A stretch of 63,310 nt of DNA, filler included, from 6 parts of 6 records of this genome joined end to end with filler, not necessarily neighbours in it; one strand, 5' to 3'; positions 38,437-50,780 are shown, numbered from the whole stretch's first letter. Notes: generated by a model not told the origin, from the sequence alone. Translations and numbers: made by a program.

Positions 38437-41400
38437 TCACCGGGTGATTTCCATTTCAATTGCTTCCTGTATAGCCTTGTTTAAAGAAGCTCTCCTATAG
38501 GGTTTCTGTATGAAGCCGGCCGCCCCCTCTTTTAATAATTCGGATACATTACCTTCCTGGCTGAATCCTGAGGAAAAAAGTACTTTAACCGCCGGGTCAA
38601 TCGCCTTTAAGCGGCGAAATGTTTCCTGCCCGCTTATCTTGGGCATGACCAGGTCCAGAAGAACCACTGTTATCCGTTTCCCTTCACTTTTATAAATTTC
38701 CAGTGCTTCCAGTCCATCCTGGGCTAATAAAACGTCGTACCCCAGCGACGTCAGAACTGCGTGAGCGGTGTTACGGATAATGGATTCATCATCCACAACC
38801 AGTATCGAACCGCGGCCCTTAACAACAGGCTCTTCAGGCAGAGGCCGGGCCTTTGGCGCCGAAGAACTGTCCACCGGTAGATATATTTTGAAGATAGAGC
38901 CTTTGCCGGGTTCACTATACACATTGATCGCTCCCCGGTGCTCCTTTACGGTTCCATATACGGCCGCCAGCCCCAGGCCTGTTCCTTTTCCTTCCGGCTT
39001 GGTGGTGAAAAAAGGCTCGAAAAGTCTTTCCCTGACTTCATTGATCATGCCCATGCCGGTGTCTTTAACGTCAATCTCAACATAAGGGCCCGGTTCAATA
39101 GTGTATGGGTTATTATTACAATATTCCTCGTCAAGAATAATATTTGACGTGGCAAAGGTTATCACGCCGCCGTCAGTCATTGCGTCCCGGGCGTTGACCG
39201 CCAGGTTTAAAAATACATTTTGCAGCAAAGCCGGATCGCCTGTTATATTGGGATTCTCGGAGTTGAAATCCATTTTTATGCTTATTTTCCGGTCTATACT
39301 CCTTTCCAACAGGGATATGGCCGAACGTATGGTGTCGTGAACGTCTATGACCGTGGATACAACTTTTCCTTTTCTTGAAAAAGCCAGAAGCTTTCCTGTA
39401 AGATCCGCTGCTCTTTCTGATCCTTTAATTATGGTATTAACGTGTTTGCGGAAAGGTGAATCCTCGGGAATCCCAAGAGCCAGCAATTCGGCGTTGCCCA
39501 TTATGCCGCCCAGCATATTATTGAAATCGTGGGCTATACCACCGGCCAACTTGCCGAGAACATCCATTTTTTGAGCCTGTCGCAGTTGCTCCTCAAGCCT
39601 TTTGGTCTCCGTAACGTCTATGGATACTGTCAAAATAGCCTGCCTGCCCTGAAATTCAATCAATGTCGCCGATGCAAGAAGTTCGCGTTCTTCTCCACTA
39701 CTGGTTCTGATACCATAGGACGAGTTGTTTATGACTCCGCCGCGCTTTAAAAAATCCCGGTTATTCTCCATATTTTCCAGTGTGTTCAGGCCAAGTTCAG
39801 CCTCATTTTTGCCGATAACTTCCGAGGTCCTGAATCCGGTCATCTGCTCGAATTGAGGATTAACCGCCAGATAAGAACAATCGCTCAGGAGTTTTATACT
39901 GATGGCGTAAGGGCTGGTTTCGAAGATGCCTCGGAACTGCTTTTCGCTTTCCTTCACCTTTTCCTGCAAGGCATATTCTTCCGTCACATCCCGGAAAACC
40001 AGTACTACCCCCTGGATATTTCCCTCGGCGTCTCTGATAGGCGCCCCGCTGTCCGCTATTTGTCGTTCCACGCCGTTTCTGGCTGTTAGTAAAGTGTGGT
40101 TTGCCAGTCCGACAATTTCTCCGGACATCAACACTTTGGTGACAGGATTCATGATAGGCGCACGGTTTAAAGCATTTACAATATGAAACACCTCCGGCAG
40201 CGGCTTGCCTTCGGCTTTCTCCTGCCGCCAACCGGTCAATTCCTCGGCTGCGGGATTCATTCGGACAATATCGCCGTTTATATCCGTGGAAATCACCGCA
40301 TCCCCAATTGATTGCAGTGTTATGCGCAGGTTTTCTTCATTTTGTCGTAAAGCTATTTCCGCAAGTTTTTGTTCGGTTATGTCTGTAAATATTACTATAC
40401 CGGCTATAATTCCGCCCCCAGCCCCTATCACCGGAGCTGCATTTCCAAGTATATATCTGTCTTCGCCGTTCGCACGACGCATGATAAATTCCTGGTTGGA
40501 TACTACCTTGCCGAAGACGATCGCTTGGGAAAGCGGCAGTTCTTCCGGATCGTAAAGTCTGCCGTCGGGATGGTAAACCTGCCAGCTTAGAGAGTGATCT
40601 TCAATTGTAATATCGACTAATTGCGAATCGGTTTCACCGCGAATGGCAAAGCCTGCAGGGTTGCAGTGACGGATGCGTGCGTCGGGCGCGTCGGCTATTA
40701 TCACTCCCGCCGGCGATTGATCGATAGCCGCCATCAGTAGCGCCCTGGTATCTTCCAACTCCTCCTCGGTTTTCCTTCTATCGGTGATATCGCGCAGGAT
40801 GCCGGTAAATCCGATAAATTCACCGGAATCGTTTTTAATATGATTGCCTTTGGCTTCAAACCAAAATACTCCTTTACCTGCGTCCGCCGTCCGGAAATTC
40901 GAATCGAACGCCTGCCCTTTACTAATTGATGTATCAAAAAGGCGCTGTTGCTCTTCACGATCCGAGACATCCACGAACTCTATATATTTTTTCCCCTCCA
41001 TTTGAGATGGTTCATACCCATACCTGGATATCTGAGGGCCGATAAAAGTAACTGTTCCATCAGCATCCAGGCTGTACGGGATATCGCTCGTGTTTTCGAC
41101 AAGCTGTTTGTACTTTATCCGGCTCTCCCTCAGGGCTGATGAAACTTCCTGCTTGGCCAGCGATAGCTTCAAATGGTAAAAAGCAAAACTGCTTATAAAA
41201 ATGATCCAGATAACAACACCGGCTATGGAAATGGCAATATATTTATCCCTGGCCTTTTCAATCGCCGCCATGGATAATCCGACATTGACCGCGCCTATCA
41301 ACTCGCCGCTTGTAGACATGTATGGTTCAAAAATATCAAGCGTTTTCTCGCCATGATACGGTGATTCGGGATTGTCCGGGTCGCGGATATAAATCTGTTC

Positions 41401-41760
41401 CACACGGCCGGCTGTTTCAAGACAGCGTTGAAATCCCGGCTCATCGAAATTCACGCCTACGCGGCCTGGATTGCTGTGCGCAATCGCATTGCCCTTGAGG
41501 TCCAGTATAAGAAGATAATGTAAATCTTTGACTTGCTCCGCTATTTTAACCAAATAGAATTGCTTCTGGCGATGGTGAAGATGCGGGGTGACAACTTTAA
41601 GATGACTGACCGTTTCCCTGGCCCTTTGTTTCATCTGGTTAATGTGAAAAGGATAAATGACTTTCATCAGGAAGAATATGTAGGTGGATGCAAAAAGGAC
41701 GGATACCGCTAATAATGTCGCCCAAAATCTGTATTCCGACTTAATTGACGAGTCTTTCAT
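38437..41760 (-). CDS. Membrane-bound hybrid sensor histidine kinase (periplasmic sensor, multiple PAS, receiver)
   Basis: 2 TM, 4 PAS/PAC repeats, H-box LAGGIAHDFNN, NLAVNARDAM, GTGLGL, receiver VVDDE...DLVMP. Confidence 0.95.
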   Translation of the reverse strand: MKDSSIKSEYRFWATLLAVSVLFASTYIFFLMKVIYPFHINQMKQRARETVSHLKVVTPHLHHRQKQFYLVKIAEQVKDLHYLLILDLKGNAIAHSNPGRVGVNFDEPGFQRCLETAGRVEQIYIRDPDNPESPYHGEKTLDIFEPYMSTSGELIGAVNVGLSMAAIEKARDKYIAISIAGVVIWIIFISSFAFYHLKLSLAKQEVSSALRESRIKYKQLVENTSDIPYSLDADGTVTFIGPQISRYGYEPSQMEGKKYIEFVDVSDREEQQRLFDTSISKGQAFDSNFRTADAGKGVFWFEAKGNHIKNDSGEFIGFTGILRDITDRRKTEEELEDTRALLMAAIDQSPAGVIIADAPDARIRHCNPAGFAIRGETDSQLVDITIEDHSLSWQVYHPDGRLYDPEELPLSQAIVFGKVVSNQEFIMRRANGEDRYILGNAAPVIGAGGGIIAGIVIFTDITEQKLAEIALRQNEENLRITLQSIGDAVISTDINGDIVRMNPAAEELTGWRQEKAEGKPLPEVFHIVNALNRAPIMNPVTKVLMSGEIVGLANHTLLTARNGVERQIADSGAPIRDAEGNIQGVVLVFRDVTEEYALQEKVKESEKQFRGIFETSPYAISIKLLSDCSYLAVNPQFEQMTGFRTSEVIGKNEAELGLNTLENMENNRDFLKRGGVINNSSYGIRTSSGEERELLASATLIEFQGRQAILTVSIDVTETKRLEEQLRQAQKMDVLGKLAGGIAHDFNNMLGGIMGNAELLALGIPEDSPFRKHVNTIIKGSERAADLTGKLLAFSRKGKVVSTVIDVHDTIRSAISLLERSIDRKISIKMDFNSENPNITGDPALLQNVFLNLAVNARDAMTDGGVITFATSNIILDEEYCNNNPYTIEPGPYVEIDVKDTGMGMINEVRERLFEPFFTTKPEGKGTGLGLAAVYGTVKEHRGAINVYSEPGKGSIFKIYLPVDSSSAPKARPLPEEPVVKGRGSILVVDDESIIRNTAHAVLTSLGYDVLLAQDGLEALEIYKSEGKRITVVLLDLVMPKISGQETFRRLKAIDPAVKVLFSSGFSQEGNVSELLKEGAAGFIQKPYRRASLNKAIQEAIEMEITR

Positions 41761-42545
41761 TCTTTTTCCCAATGCTTGATTTGCATTAATTGATCTAAGA
41801 TGCATAAATCGAAAGCAAATAATACTTACAAAGAGTAATCAGGCCGGATTCATGGAAGGTGGTGTATCGCAACTGCGGAGGATAATTCCATTTTCCGCAC
41901 GTCCGCGGCGGAAGGATATTGATGTAAACAACAATTATAAGCCGGCTTGTGTTTAAGGATATCAAGTATAAACAGGTTTATCAAAGAATACAGGTGGTAA
42001 AATCACTAACCGGCCCGCAGTTTAACTCGGGAACATCAATTATTGCTCGGCCGAAAGTTTTGGCCGATTCGACGGTTTTTAATTTTTATCCGTTAATTTT
42101 ATAATATCTGAAAAGATTGCTTTCTTATTGCGGGGAGCGCCCGTGCTCGCCATTCTCTACTGTCAGCTTTTTTTACAAACAGTAAAAATAACCTCCATTA
42201 TTTTATAAATGCGATTTATTATATAGGGGGATTGCGTTGCCGCCCCCTAAGTTATTATGAAAAAATTGGCAAAAGTAATAGCCGGTTAGATAAAATAAGA
42301 CCGTCATACCTTTTATCCTCTGATTTGGTCCTCAATTTGCTACAAAATGATAAGCGTTGAATTCACAGATATATCCGAATTTTGATCTGAAACTATAAAT
42401 TTGAAAAAAGCATCGTTTTTATTTCATGAAAGTGATGCACTCCTGCCTGACAAAGGGGAATCAATTAGTTTACGCGCCGGCATGCCTTTTTTCAGCTTAA
42501 TGGGGCGCTGTTCGATCAAATTGGATTATCCTGGAAGGATTTAGT

Positions 42546-44783
42546 TTGATAGCCCCGCTCGCCATAGTCATTACCTCATTATTTTTCCAAATCGCGGCCC
42601 TGTTTTTTGCAATCCGCATGGTCCGCATCACCGGCAGACGTTCCTCATGGTTCTTGATAGCGGCGGCCGTTCTTTTCATGGCTTTGCGCCGTTTTATCAT
42701 TCTTTACCATTTGATCATTAACACCCCCGGCAATACATACGATCTCGCCGGCGAAATCACGGCGCTCATAGCTTCCTTTTTCATAATGATGGGGATTGCT
42801 CTTATAAAACCCTTGTTTATGTCTATTAAAAAAACAAAGGAAGCATTAGAGCGAAGCGAATACAGGTACAGGACCATCTTTGAAAAGTCCATGGACGGGA
42901 TACTGGTCACCAGGCACGACGGCAGGATCGTGGAAGCCAACCCTTCGGCGGCAACGCTTTTGGGTTTTAAACAAAAGGAAATTATTCATCAGGATGTAAA
43001 AGAAAGATACGCAGGCGCCCGGGGAAGGAAAAATTTCCAACGGATTATGGATGCGTTCGGAAGAGTGCAAAACCTGGAAATAGTGATGAGAAAAAAGAGC
43101 GGCAAGGAAATTACATGTCTGCTTGGCTCCACTTTTATGAACTCCGAAGACGGCGGCGAGCCTCATTATCTCAGCATCATTAGAGATATAAGCAAAAGGA
43201 AAGAAGCAGAGGAGGCTTTGGCTGAAGAGAGGGAACTTTTGTCCGTGACCCTAACATCGATAGCCGACGGCGTCATGGCCGTGGATATCCGGGGAAGCAT
43301 CATACTCATGAACAGCACGGCCGAAGGTTTGACCGGTTGGTCGCAGAGTGAAGCTCTGCGCAGGCCCTTAGCCGAAGTGTTTAGAATTGTTGATGAATCA
43401 AGCGGTCAGGAAGCGGACAATCCCTTGGAAATTATATTAGAAAATAACAACACGGTAGGTCTGACTGACAACATTTCTCTATTTTCAAGGGATGGAAAGA
43501 ATCGCCCTATTACCGTAAGCGGCGCCCCTATATTGGATTCGGTTAATAAATTACGAGGCGCGGTTATTGTTTTTCGAGATACTACACTGCAACGCAGAGC
43601 CGAACAAGAATTGATCCGCGCTCAAAAACTGGATTCTCTCGGGGTTTTAGCAGGTGGAATCGCTCACGATCTGAATAATATTCTGGCGGCCATAATCGGG
43701 GGCATCGCCGCTGTTAAAACCATTGACGGAACCAGGCCGCGAATTAACGGAAAATTATCTGAAGTTGAAAAAGCGTGTTTCAGGGCCAAAAGCCTTGGGC
43801 AGCAACTTCTGACTTTTGCCAAAGGCGGCGCGCCCGTAATGAAACCGGGGCGGGTGGACGGCCTGGTGGAAGAATCAGCCCGCTTCGCTCTGACAAGTGC
43901 GGAAGTGCGCCTCGTAATTAACAAGGCGCCCGGGCTTAAGCCGGTTTTAATCGACAAGGATCAGTTTAGTCAGGTTATTCATAATCTGGTCATCAATGCC
44001 TGCCAGGCCATGGACAATTGCGGTTCCATAAAAATCTCGCTCTCTAATTATATCAACTTGGATCAGAATCCCTGGCCCCCGGGTGAATATGTCCGTATTT
44101 CAGTTGAAGACAACGGGTGTGGAATATCTCCGGAAGACCAGCAAAAAGTCTTTGATCCCTATTTTACAACAAAGAAAAACGGCAGCGGACTCGGACTTTC
44201 CACTGCTTATTCTATTATTAAAAAACACCACGGTTTTACCCGGCTGGCATCCGGTTTGGGCAGCGGAACCAAAATAGAGATTTTTCTGCCGGTTTGCCCT
44301 GATAACACCGCGATTCCGGAAGATAAAAAGGAATTCTCGTTTATTCCGGGCCGCGGAAGAATACTGCTCATGGATGACGAGGCGACAATCAGGGAGATGA
44401 CCAGGGATGTCTTGTTGCATTTGGGCTATGAAGTGGAGGTGGCAAAAGACGGAAAAGAAGCTGTCGAACTGTATGAAAGATATCTAAAGTCAGGCCAATC
44501 CTTTTCAGCGGCTATTCTCGATCTGGTTATGCCCGGGAGAATGGACGGTAAAGTCGTTGTGCAAAGGTTGCGGAAGTTGGACCCGAATCTAAAGGCAATA
44601 GTGTCCTCGGGTTACTCTAACGATCCTGTCATGGCCAATTACAAAGACTACGGCTTTAACGCAGTGATACCAAAGCCATATAAAATAGAAGAACTCAGTT
44701 GGGTTTTGCATAATCTGATTAATGAAAACAATGATAGCCCTCGCCGGAAAGTCGCGGCCTGCGGTAATCAAAAGAATCCTTGA
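42546..44783 (+). CDS. Hybrid PAS sensor histidine kinase
   Basis: 3 N-terminal TM, 2 PAS, LAGGIAHDLNN, GSGLGL, receiver LMDDE...DLVMP. Confidence 0.95.
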   Translation: MIAPLAIVITSLFFQIAALFFAIRMVRITGRRSSWFLIAAAVLFMALRRFIILYHLIINTPGNTYDLAGEITALIASFFIMMGIALIKPLFMSIKKTKEALERSEYRYRTIFEKSMDGILVTRHDGRIVEANPSAATLLGFKQKEIIHQDVKERYAGARGRKNFQRIMDAFGRVQNLEIVMRKKSGKEITCLLGSTFMNSEDGGEPHYLSIIRDISKRKEAEEALAEERELLSVTLTSIADGVMAVDIRGSIILMNSTAEGLTGWSQSEALRRPLAEVFRIVDESSGQEADNPLEIILENNNTVGLTDNISLFSRDGKNRPITVSGAPILDSVNKLRGAVIVFRDTTLQRRAEQELIRAQKLDSLGVLAGGIAHDLNNILAAIIGGIAAVKTIDGTRPRINGKLSEVEKACFRAKSLGQQLLTFAKGGAPVMKPGRVDGLVEESARFALTSAEVRLVINKAPGLKPVLIDKDQFSQVIHNLVINACQAMDNCGSIKISLSNYINLDQNPWPPGEYVRISVEDNGCGISPEDQQKVFDPYFTTKKNGSGLGLSTAYSIIKKHHGFTRLASGLGSGTKIEIFLPVCPDNTAIPEDKKEFSFIPGRGRILLMDDEATIREMTRDVLLHLGYEVEVAKDGKEAVELYERYLKSGQSFSAAILDLVMPGRMDGKVVVQRLRKLDPNLKAIVSSGYSNDPVMANYKDYGFNAVIPKPYKIEELSWVLHNLINENNDSPRRKVAACGNQKNP

Positions 44784-44913
44784 ACAACCAGAATATCTTT
44801 ACAGATGATTTTAGTCCAATAGCTGTAATTTTGTGCGCCGGCGCCGTCAGAGCGGACCGGCCTTTTATTTTAACTGGATTATAAAGTTGAAAAAGTAACG
44901 CTGGAGGCGGCTG

Positions 44914-46881
44914 ATGAAGCAGATGACGATAAGAAAAAGATTAATCGGGATTACCATCGTTTTCGTTTTGATCATTATTACGCTTTCCTTTTATTACCTT
45001 AACAGGTTTGGAGTTATGAGCCGTACATACCGGCAGATACAGGAAGTCCGGGCGCCGCAGTTGATAGTTGCAAATGCAATAGCCGAGGTTCTCATCGGCA
45101 TCCGCATGAATGTTAACGAAATGAACGGCGTGGAAATGAGCCTTGAAAATTATAAACAGTACAAGGATCGGGCCATTGAAAAATTCGAAGAATTTGAAAT
45201 GCTGTCCGGCGTAATGATAAATGGATCGTCCGCGTGCGGAAAAACGGCTGATAACATGAAGGGAGTAAAGGTTCCGCCATGCCGAAAAGGCGGAGAGATT
45301 GAAAAATTAACCGCACAAGGCTTGTCGGAATTTAAAAAATATAAAAAAGTCTGTGAAGAAATAATGAGCCTGAAAAAAGAGCAGCTTCAACTGGTAAATG
45401 CAATCGGCTTCTTTGAAAGTGAAAATGAAAAAGCCGGGACAGTCATGACGCTTGTCGAACTTGGGCGTAAAATGGAAAAAATGACGGACGACCCGGAGCA
45501 GAAGCTGCTTATAGCCGAAATAAGGAGGCAGGAAAAGAACTGCCTTCAAAGAGCCGAAATTCTCTATTGCGATAAGATGAAAAAGGTCTGTCATAAGCTC
45601 GAAGATTCCAGCGTCGGGGATCTCAGGGAAATGGCCGTGGAATACAGAACCCTGTTTGAAAAGATTATTGACAAGGTGATCGCTGAAGACAAGTTACGGG
45701 AGCAGTTAAAGGTTTTGACCAGAACGGAGCTAAGAAACGCACAAAAACTGGTCAATGATTCCATTGATGCCTTAAAAAACAGGGCGTCCAATAGAATGGA
45801 AGCTTACGCCGCTCAGGCCGTGGATATGGAAAGAAGCGTCCGAACTAACATAATAATTGTCGCCCTTGTTGTGAGCGCCGTGAGCCTTTTATTGGGCTGG
45901 TGGATTTCAAGCGGAATCAACCGTGTTTTAAAGCGCATAATAAGCGACCTTGACGCCGGCTCCGAACAGGTGGCTGCAGCTTCCTCCGAAGTCTCTTCAG
46001 CCAGTCAACAACTCGCTGAGGGCGCTTCTGAGAATGCCGCTTCTCTGGAAGAAACTTCTGCTTCTTTAGAGGAAATGACTTCCATGACCAGGCAAAATGC
46101 CGATAATGCGACACAGGCTGATACTTTGATGAAAGAATCAGGGGCGGTTGTCTTAAAGGCCGGGCGTTTAATGCGCGAAATGAATCATTCCATGGATGAA
46201 ATATCCAGTTCCGGGCAGGAAATAGGCCGAATAATCAAGACTATTGATGAAATTGCCTTTCAAACAAACCTGTTGGCTTTAAATGCGGCCGTGGAGGCCG
46301 CGCGGGCGGGAGAAGCTGGTCAGGGGTTCGCGGTTGTGGCCGACGAAGTCAGGAATCTCGCCCAGCGCGCCGCCCAGGCCGCCAAAAACACGGCCGAATT
46401 AATTGAAACCACCATAAATAAAATCGATCAGGGCGCCGGATTGGTGAAACAAACCGATGAGGCCTTCTCCGAAGTATCCGCAAGCGCGGGAAAAGTAGGC
46501 GAACTGGTGGGCGAGATAGCAGCCGCCTCTTCTGAACAATCCCAAGGCATCGACCAGATAAATACGGCCTTGACTCAAATGGATTCCGTAACACAGCAGA
46601 ATGCGGCCAATGCGGAAGAATCAGCAGGCTCTTCAGAGGAACTCAGCGCGCAGGCTGAAAAGATGAGGGAACTGGTGGCCGAACTTGTTAAGCTGGTTTC
46701 AGGAGAAAACGGCGTCCAAAGGTCATTGCCCTCTGAAAATACCCGACCGGGCATGAAGCATCATCAACGGCCCGGCCGGGATGAATGGGCGCCGGCTGAG
46801 CGGCAAACTTTAAATGCCGCCCCAAGGATAGTGCAACGGGAAGCCCTAATTCCCATGGACGATGATTTTAATGATTTTTAG
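44914..46881 (+). CDS. Methyl-accepting chemotaxis protein
   Basis: 2 TM flanking a helical periplasmic domain; [35 protein letters not shown]-terminal pentapeptide-like DFNDF. Confidence 0.97.
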   Translation: MKQMTIRKRLIGITIVFVLIIITLSFYYLNRFGVMSRTYRQIQEVRAPQLIVANAIAEVLIGIRMNVNEMNGVEMSLENYKQYKDRAIEKFEEFEMLSGVMINGSSACGKTADNMKGVKVPPCRKGGEIEKLTAQGLSEFKKYKKVCEEIMSLKKEQLQLVNAIGFFESENEKAGTVMTLVELGRKMEKMTDDPEQKLLIAEIRRQEKNCLQRAEILYCDKMKKVCHKLEDSSVGDLREMAVEYRTLFEKIIDKVIAEDKLREQLKVLTRTELRNAQKLVNDSIDALKNRASNRMEAYAAQAVDMERSVRTNIIIVALVVSAVSLLLGWWISSGINRVLKRIISDLDAGSEQVAAASSEVSSASQQLAEGASENAASLEETSASLEEMTSMTRQNADNATQADTLMKESGAVVLKAGRLMREMNHSMDEISSSGQEIGRIIKTIDEIAFQTNLLALNAAVEAARAGEAGQGFAVVADEVRNLAQRAAQAAKNTAELIETTINKIDQGAGLVKQTDEAFSEVSASAGKVGELVGEIAAASSEQSQGIDQINTALTQMDSVTQQNAANAEESAGSSEELSAQAEKMRELVAELVKLVSGENGVQRSLPSENTRPGMKHHQRPGRDEWAPAERQTLNAAPRIVQREALIPMDDDFNDF

Positions 46882-46904
46882 ATAATACGTTTAATTCCCT
46901 CTAA

Positions 46905-47004
46905 NNNNNNNNNNNNNNNNNNNNNNNNNNNNNNNNNNNNNNNNNNNNTTAATTAATTAANNNNNNNNNNNNNNNNNNNNNNNNNNNNNNNNNNNNNNNN
47001 NNNN
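46905..47004. other. Artificial contig spacer
   Basis: N-run containing TTAATTAATTAA. Confidence 0.99.
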
Positions 47005-47493
47005 GTAAGACTCACCATTGATCATGATCTGCCACTTACCGGTACGTACAGGTGTTCCACCTTCACGCAGAGTCGCAGCTGGCTTGGAACCGTCGAGATT
47101 CTCTCCGTCAGCGTCTTTCTTCCAAACAGGGAGTCCCCATTCTTCGAACAGCTTAACAGACTCATCAACGTGACGACCAAGGTCGTAGATAAGGTCTTCA
47201 CGAACTACGCCCATCAAGTCATTACGTACCATTTTTACGTAATCTTCGATGGCATTCTCACCGATGTAGGTGTTAATCGCAGACAGACCCTGAGCAACAG
47301 CACCAGACCGTTCAAGAGAAGCTTTATCTACAAGGATAATCTTCAGATCAGCAGGAGCCCACTTGCCAATTTCAAAAGCTGTACCGCAAGCAGCCATTCC
47401 GCCACCAACGATCAGTACGTCACAACTGTGCTCAACAATTTCAGGATCCACTACTGCAGCGAGTTCGCCCAGTGGCTTATTTGGTAATGCCAT
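47005..47493 (-). CDS. aprA: Adenylylsulfate reductase alpha subunit (3' truncated)
   Basis: GGGMAACG, ERSGAVAQGLSAINTY, WQIMINGESY. Confidence 0.97.
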
Positions 47494-47556
47494 AATTTCT
47501 ATCTCCTAATAATTATCTAGAATAGAGTTATCAATTCATCCCTTAACAAACTGAAC

Positions 47557-47982
47557 TTACGCCAGCTTGGTAGGTGTAGGCAGATCAGCCTCAAGAAGCA
47601 AACACTCATCATCAAGATTTGCGCCTGTTTCACCAGGATATTCGTTGGCAGCACCTTCAGCAGTTGTCCGAATAGGGAACTTGAAGCGCTTCATGTTGCC
47701 ATTACGGAACTTAACTGTCCACATGATGGAGTCAGAAGAGCGCATAGGATGAACCTGTCCACCCATTGGTACGAAGTCATCATAACCACGAACAAAGATT
47801 GCGCCCTGAGGACAAATCTTAACACAAGAATAACATTCCCAGCATGCATCTGGTTCCTGATTATACGCCTTCATTTCCTCAACGTTGAGGACCATAAGGT
47901 CGTTAGGACAGATGTACATGCAAGCAGTCTTGTCGCCGCCCTTGCAGCCATCACATTTTGAAGGATCTACGTAACTTGGCAT
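47557..47982 (-). CDS. aprB: Adenylylsulfate reductase beta subunit
   Basis: CDGCK..TACMYICP, CWECYSCVKICP, RGYDDF, KRFKFPIRTT. Confidence 0.98.
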   Translation of the reverse strand: MPSYVDPSKCDGCKGGDKTACMYICPNDLMVLNVEEMKAYNQEPDACWECYSCVKICPQGAIFVRGYDDFVPMGGQVHPMRSSDSIMWTVKFRNGNMKRFKFPIRTTAEGAANEYPGETGANLDDECLLLEADLPTPTKLA

Positions 47983-48388
47983 TAAACTACCTCCTCACTT
48001 GGTTTTTCCTTTATGGTGCCCGTTGATGGGCAACCAATAACCTCTAACTTAATATTTCGAAGAAAAACAAAATCATATTAAAAAATGACTTATTTCTCAC
48101 CGCAACCCACAACCAGTAACTGGTTAATTTCACTAACTTTTAACAAGCCCCTCTTTGAGGAACGAAAAAATGAACAGCCACTCATTAAAGTTGAAACGCA
48201 CATTTAATTTGTTGCCTGCTCAAAGTCAAGAAAAATCGTCAAATCAAGGCTAAACAGCAAAACTTATAAAAAGCATCAGAATTATGCATATATACTGAAT
48301 AATATTTCGCTTTGACTGCCTTTTTTCTTAAAAAAAAAAGTTAAATTGCACCTTTTTTTTTCAAAAAAAATATCTAATCACCTCTCTT

Positions 48389-50536
48389 TCACAGTTCACT
48401 GTAACTGGATCTTGCCAACACCTCCCTGGGTCTGGACCCATCGGCTGGCCCAACAATCCCTTCTCGCTCCATGGTTTCAATCATTCTCGCGGCCCTGTTA
48501 TAGCCTACCCGCAGCCTTCGCTGGACCATTGAGATTGACGCCTGGCCAGTTTCAGTAACAACAGCTACCGCCTCATCATATTTTTCGTCATAGTCCTCAG
48601 ATGCCTTACTCTCATCACCTGAATCCTGCTCCACGCTTTTAAGGACCGTATCATCATATTCCGCCGTTCCTTGCTCTTTAAGAAAAGTGATAATCCGTTC
48701 CGTTTCCTGTTCCGAAATAAATGCCCCATGTATTCTTTGCAACTTTGCTGCCCCTGGCGGCAGGAATAGCATGTCACCCATACCTAACAGATGCTCTGCA
48801 CCTGATCCGTCTAAAACAGTTCTAGAGTCAACTTTTGAAGACACTTTAAAGGAAATCCTGGTTGGAAAATTCGCTTTTATGAGACCTGTTAAAACGTCAA
48901 CCGAGGGCCTCTGTGTAGCGAGAACGATGTGCATCCCTGCTGCTCTTGCCATCTGCGCTAATCTGGCAATCGAAGTTTCAACATCTTTAGAAGCCACCAT
49001 CATCAAATCTGCAAGTTCATCCACAATAATGACAATGAAAGGCAGCTTCTCCTCTGCAACCTGATTATAGGAGTGAAATGATTTTACGCGTTTTTCCTCG
49101 AGCAGCCTGTAGCGGTTCTCCATTTCACGGACAGCCCATTTAAGGGCCCTGGAAGCCATTTTTGCCTCCACCACTACAGGATGAAGCAGATGTGGAATAT
49201 CATCATAAACAGAGAGTTCAATTCTCTTGGGATCTATCATCAGCAACCGCACGTCCTGCGGAGTTGCCTTGTATAAAATAGAGGCGATAAAGGCATTGAT
49301 GGCCACCGATTTCCCAGCACCTGTGGCTCCAGCGATCAATAAATGCGGCATTTTTGACAGGTCGGCGACTACTGACCGACCAATAACATCATACCCCAGG
49401 GCGAGTGTTAACATGGATGACGAATCCCGATACTCCCTGGACACTAAAATATCGCGTAAAAAGACCATCTTCCTTGCCGGGTTTGGAATTTCAACGCCAA
49501 TTGCGGCTTTCCCTGGTATAGAGCCGATAATTCTTACCCTATCAACCTTCAGCACCATAGCCAGGTCATCGGCAAGCGATACAATTTTATTAATTTTCAC
49601 ACCAGGTGCAGGCGTATACTCATAGGTTGTGACTACAGGGCCAGGTGATATGCCAACAACGGTACCCTCGACCCCAAAATCAAGTAATTTATCAGCTAAA
49701 ACCTTACTGATTTTCAAATAATAGGCCCGGCTTACTTTGACATTTTCCTGTTTATTCTGATCAAGCAACGACACAGAGGGAAGTCGATATTGACCAGCTT
49801 TAACAGGTTTTAATGAAAACTCTTTTTCCTCGTCCAGAAGATCCTGCTCACAGCTGACTGGATCATGAACAGCAGGCGGTGAAACAATTATTGATGGCGT
49901 ATCGCTCACAGCAGGTGAGGACACTTTTTCTCGAACCGCCTGCTCTTTTTTGACCACTCTTTTTTCATGTTTTTTAAGAGATGAGAAGAGGCACAGGCAT
50001 TTTCTCCAACTCCAATGCATTGTGCCCAGCAACGAGAAACGAACAGCCGCCATTAACGATAAAACCAATACTAGAGTTAACAACAGTATCGAACCGATAT
50101 TACCGACTGCCCCGCTTAACACCGTCCAGAGAAACATACCCACAAACCCACCTGGAGCGATATACTGCTCAATTCCCCACGCCCCTGACATGCCAAGCAG
50201 TCCTGCTGAGGCCAAAAGCGTCCCGGTTATACCAGCTACCACATAAGGAATCCGGTTCAGTTCGGACCAGGAAAACAAAAACGCCCCTGACACATAACAC
50301 AAGACAGCCACAGCAAAAAAAGCAGCCAGTCCTATAAAAGAAAAAAGATAATGCGCGAAAAAAAACCCAACGGAACCACACCAATTGGCAGCTGGTTCCT
50401 GCAGCCCTTGATCAGGCTTTAATAACGGCACCATATAGCTGACAAGACATAGCAAAAGAAATAAGGCAAAAAAAATGAAGAAAATCGCTGCTGTTTCGCT
50501 GAAAATTCCAGATTTGTTTTTTACTGAACGTGCCAT
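48389..50536 (-). CDS. ftsK: DNA translocase FtsK
   Basis: N-terminal TM domain, PHLLIAGATGAGKS, DELADLMM, ATQRPS, gamma domain GYNRAAR. Confidence 0.97.
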   Translation of the reverse strand: MARSVKNKSGIFSETAAIFFIFFALFLLLCLVSYMVPLLKPDQGLQEPAANWCGSVGFFFAHYLFSFIGLAAFFAVAVLCYVSGAFLFSWSELNRIPYVVAGITGTLLASAGLLGMSGAWGIEQYIAPGGFVGMFLWTVLSGAVGNIGSILLLTLVLVLSLMAAVRFSLLGTMHWSWRKCLCLFSSLKKHEKRVVKKEQAVREKVSSPAVSDTPSIIVSPPAVHDPVSCEQDLLDEEKEFSLKPVKAGQYRLPSVSLLDQNKQENVKVSRAYYLKISKVLADKLLDFGVEGTVVGISPGPVVTTYEYTPAPGVKINKIVSLADDLAMVLKVDRVRIIGSIPGKAAIGVEIPNPARKMVFLRDILVSREYRDSSSMLTLALGYDVIGRSVVADLSKMPHLLIAGATGAGKSVAINAFIASILYKATPQDVRLLMIDPKRIELSVYDDIPHLLHPVVVEAKMASRALKWAVREMENRYRLLEEKRVKSFHSYNQVAEEKLPFIVIIVDELADLMMVASKDVETSIARLAQMARAAGMHIVLATQRPSVDVLTGLIKANFPTRISFKVSSKVDSRTVLDGSGAEHLLGMGDMLFLPPGAAKLQRIHGAFISEQETERIITFLKEQGTAEYDDTVLKSVEQDSGDESKASEDYDEKYDEAVAVVTETGQASISMVQRRLRVGYNRAARMIETMEREGIVGPADGSRPREVLARSSYSEL

Positions 50537-50704
50537 TGACTAACTATTTTCTCCGTGTACGTGTTCCTCTGATAGGGCAGCAGAAGACAATTAAACAGTT
50601 ACGCTTCCACCGAGGTAAAACTCTCCGTCGGCTCCTGCACAAATAAACAAAACCCTGGTGACCGGTTGCCGACGGTCTACACTATTTGAAAATAAAAATC
50701 AAAA

Positions 50705-50734
50705 TATCCCCACACTCGCTGGAATGCGGGGATA
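50705..50734 (-). terminator. Probable hairpin terminator after nusB
   Basis: TATCCCCACA...TGCGGGGATA preceded on the + strand by an A-rich run. Confidence 0.5.
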
Positions 50735-50780
50735 GAGGGAGAACTACAAAAGGGAAAAAAGAATAAAACTTAACTTTCGG

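Noticed and set aside
41806..42545. Long intergenic region with several small GC hairpins between divergent kinases
   Set aside because: No recognisable RNA family, repeat periodicity or credible ORF.
48111..48146. Palindrome AACCAGTAACTGGTT and a Rex-like half-site TTCACTAA upstream of aprB
   Set aside because: A full Rex palindrome (TTGTGAA-N4-TTCACAA) is not present; too weak to call.
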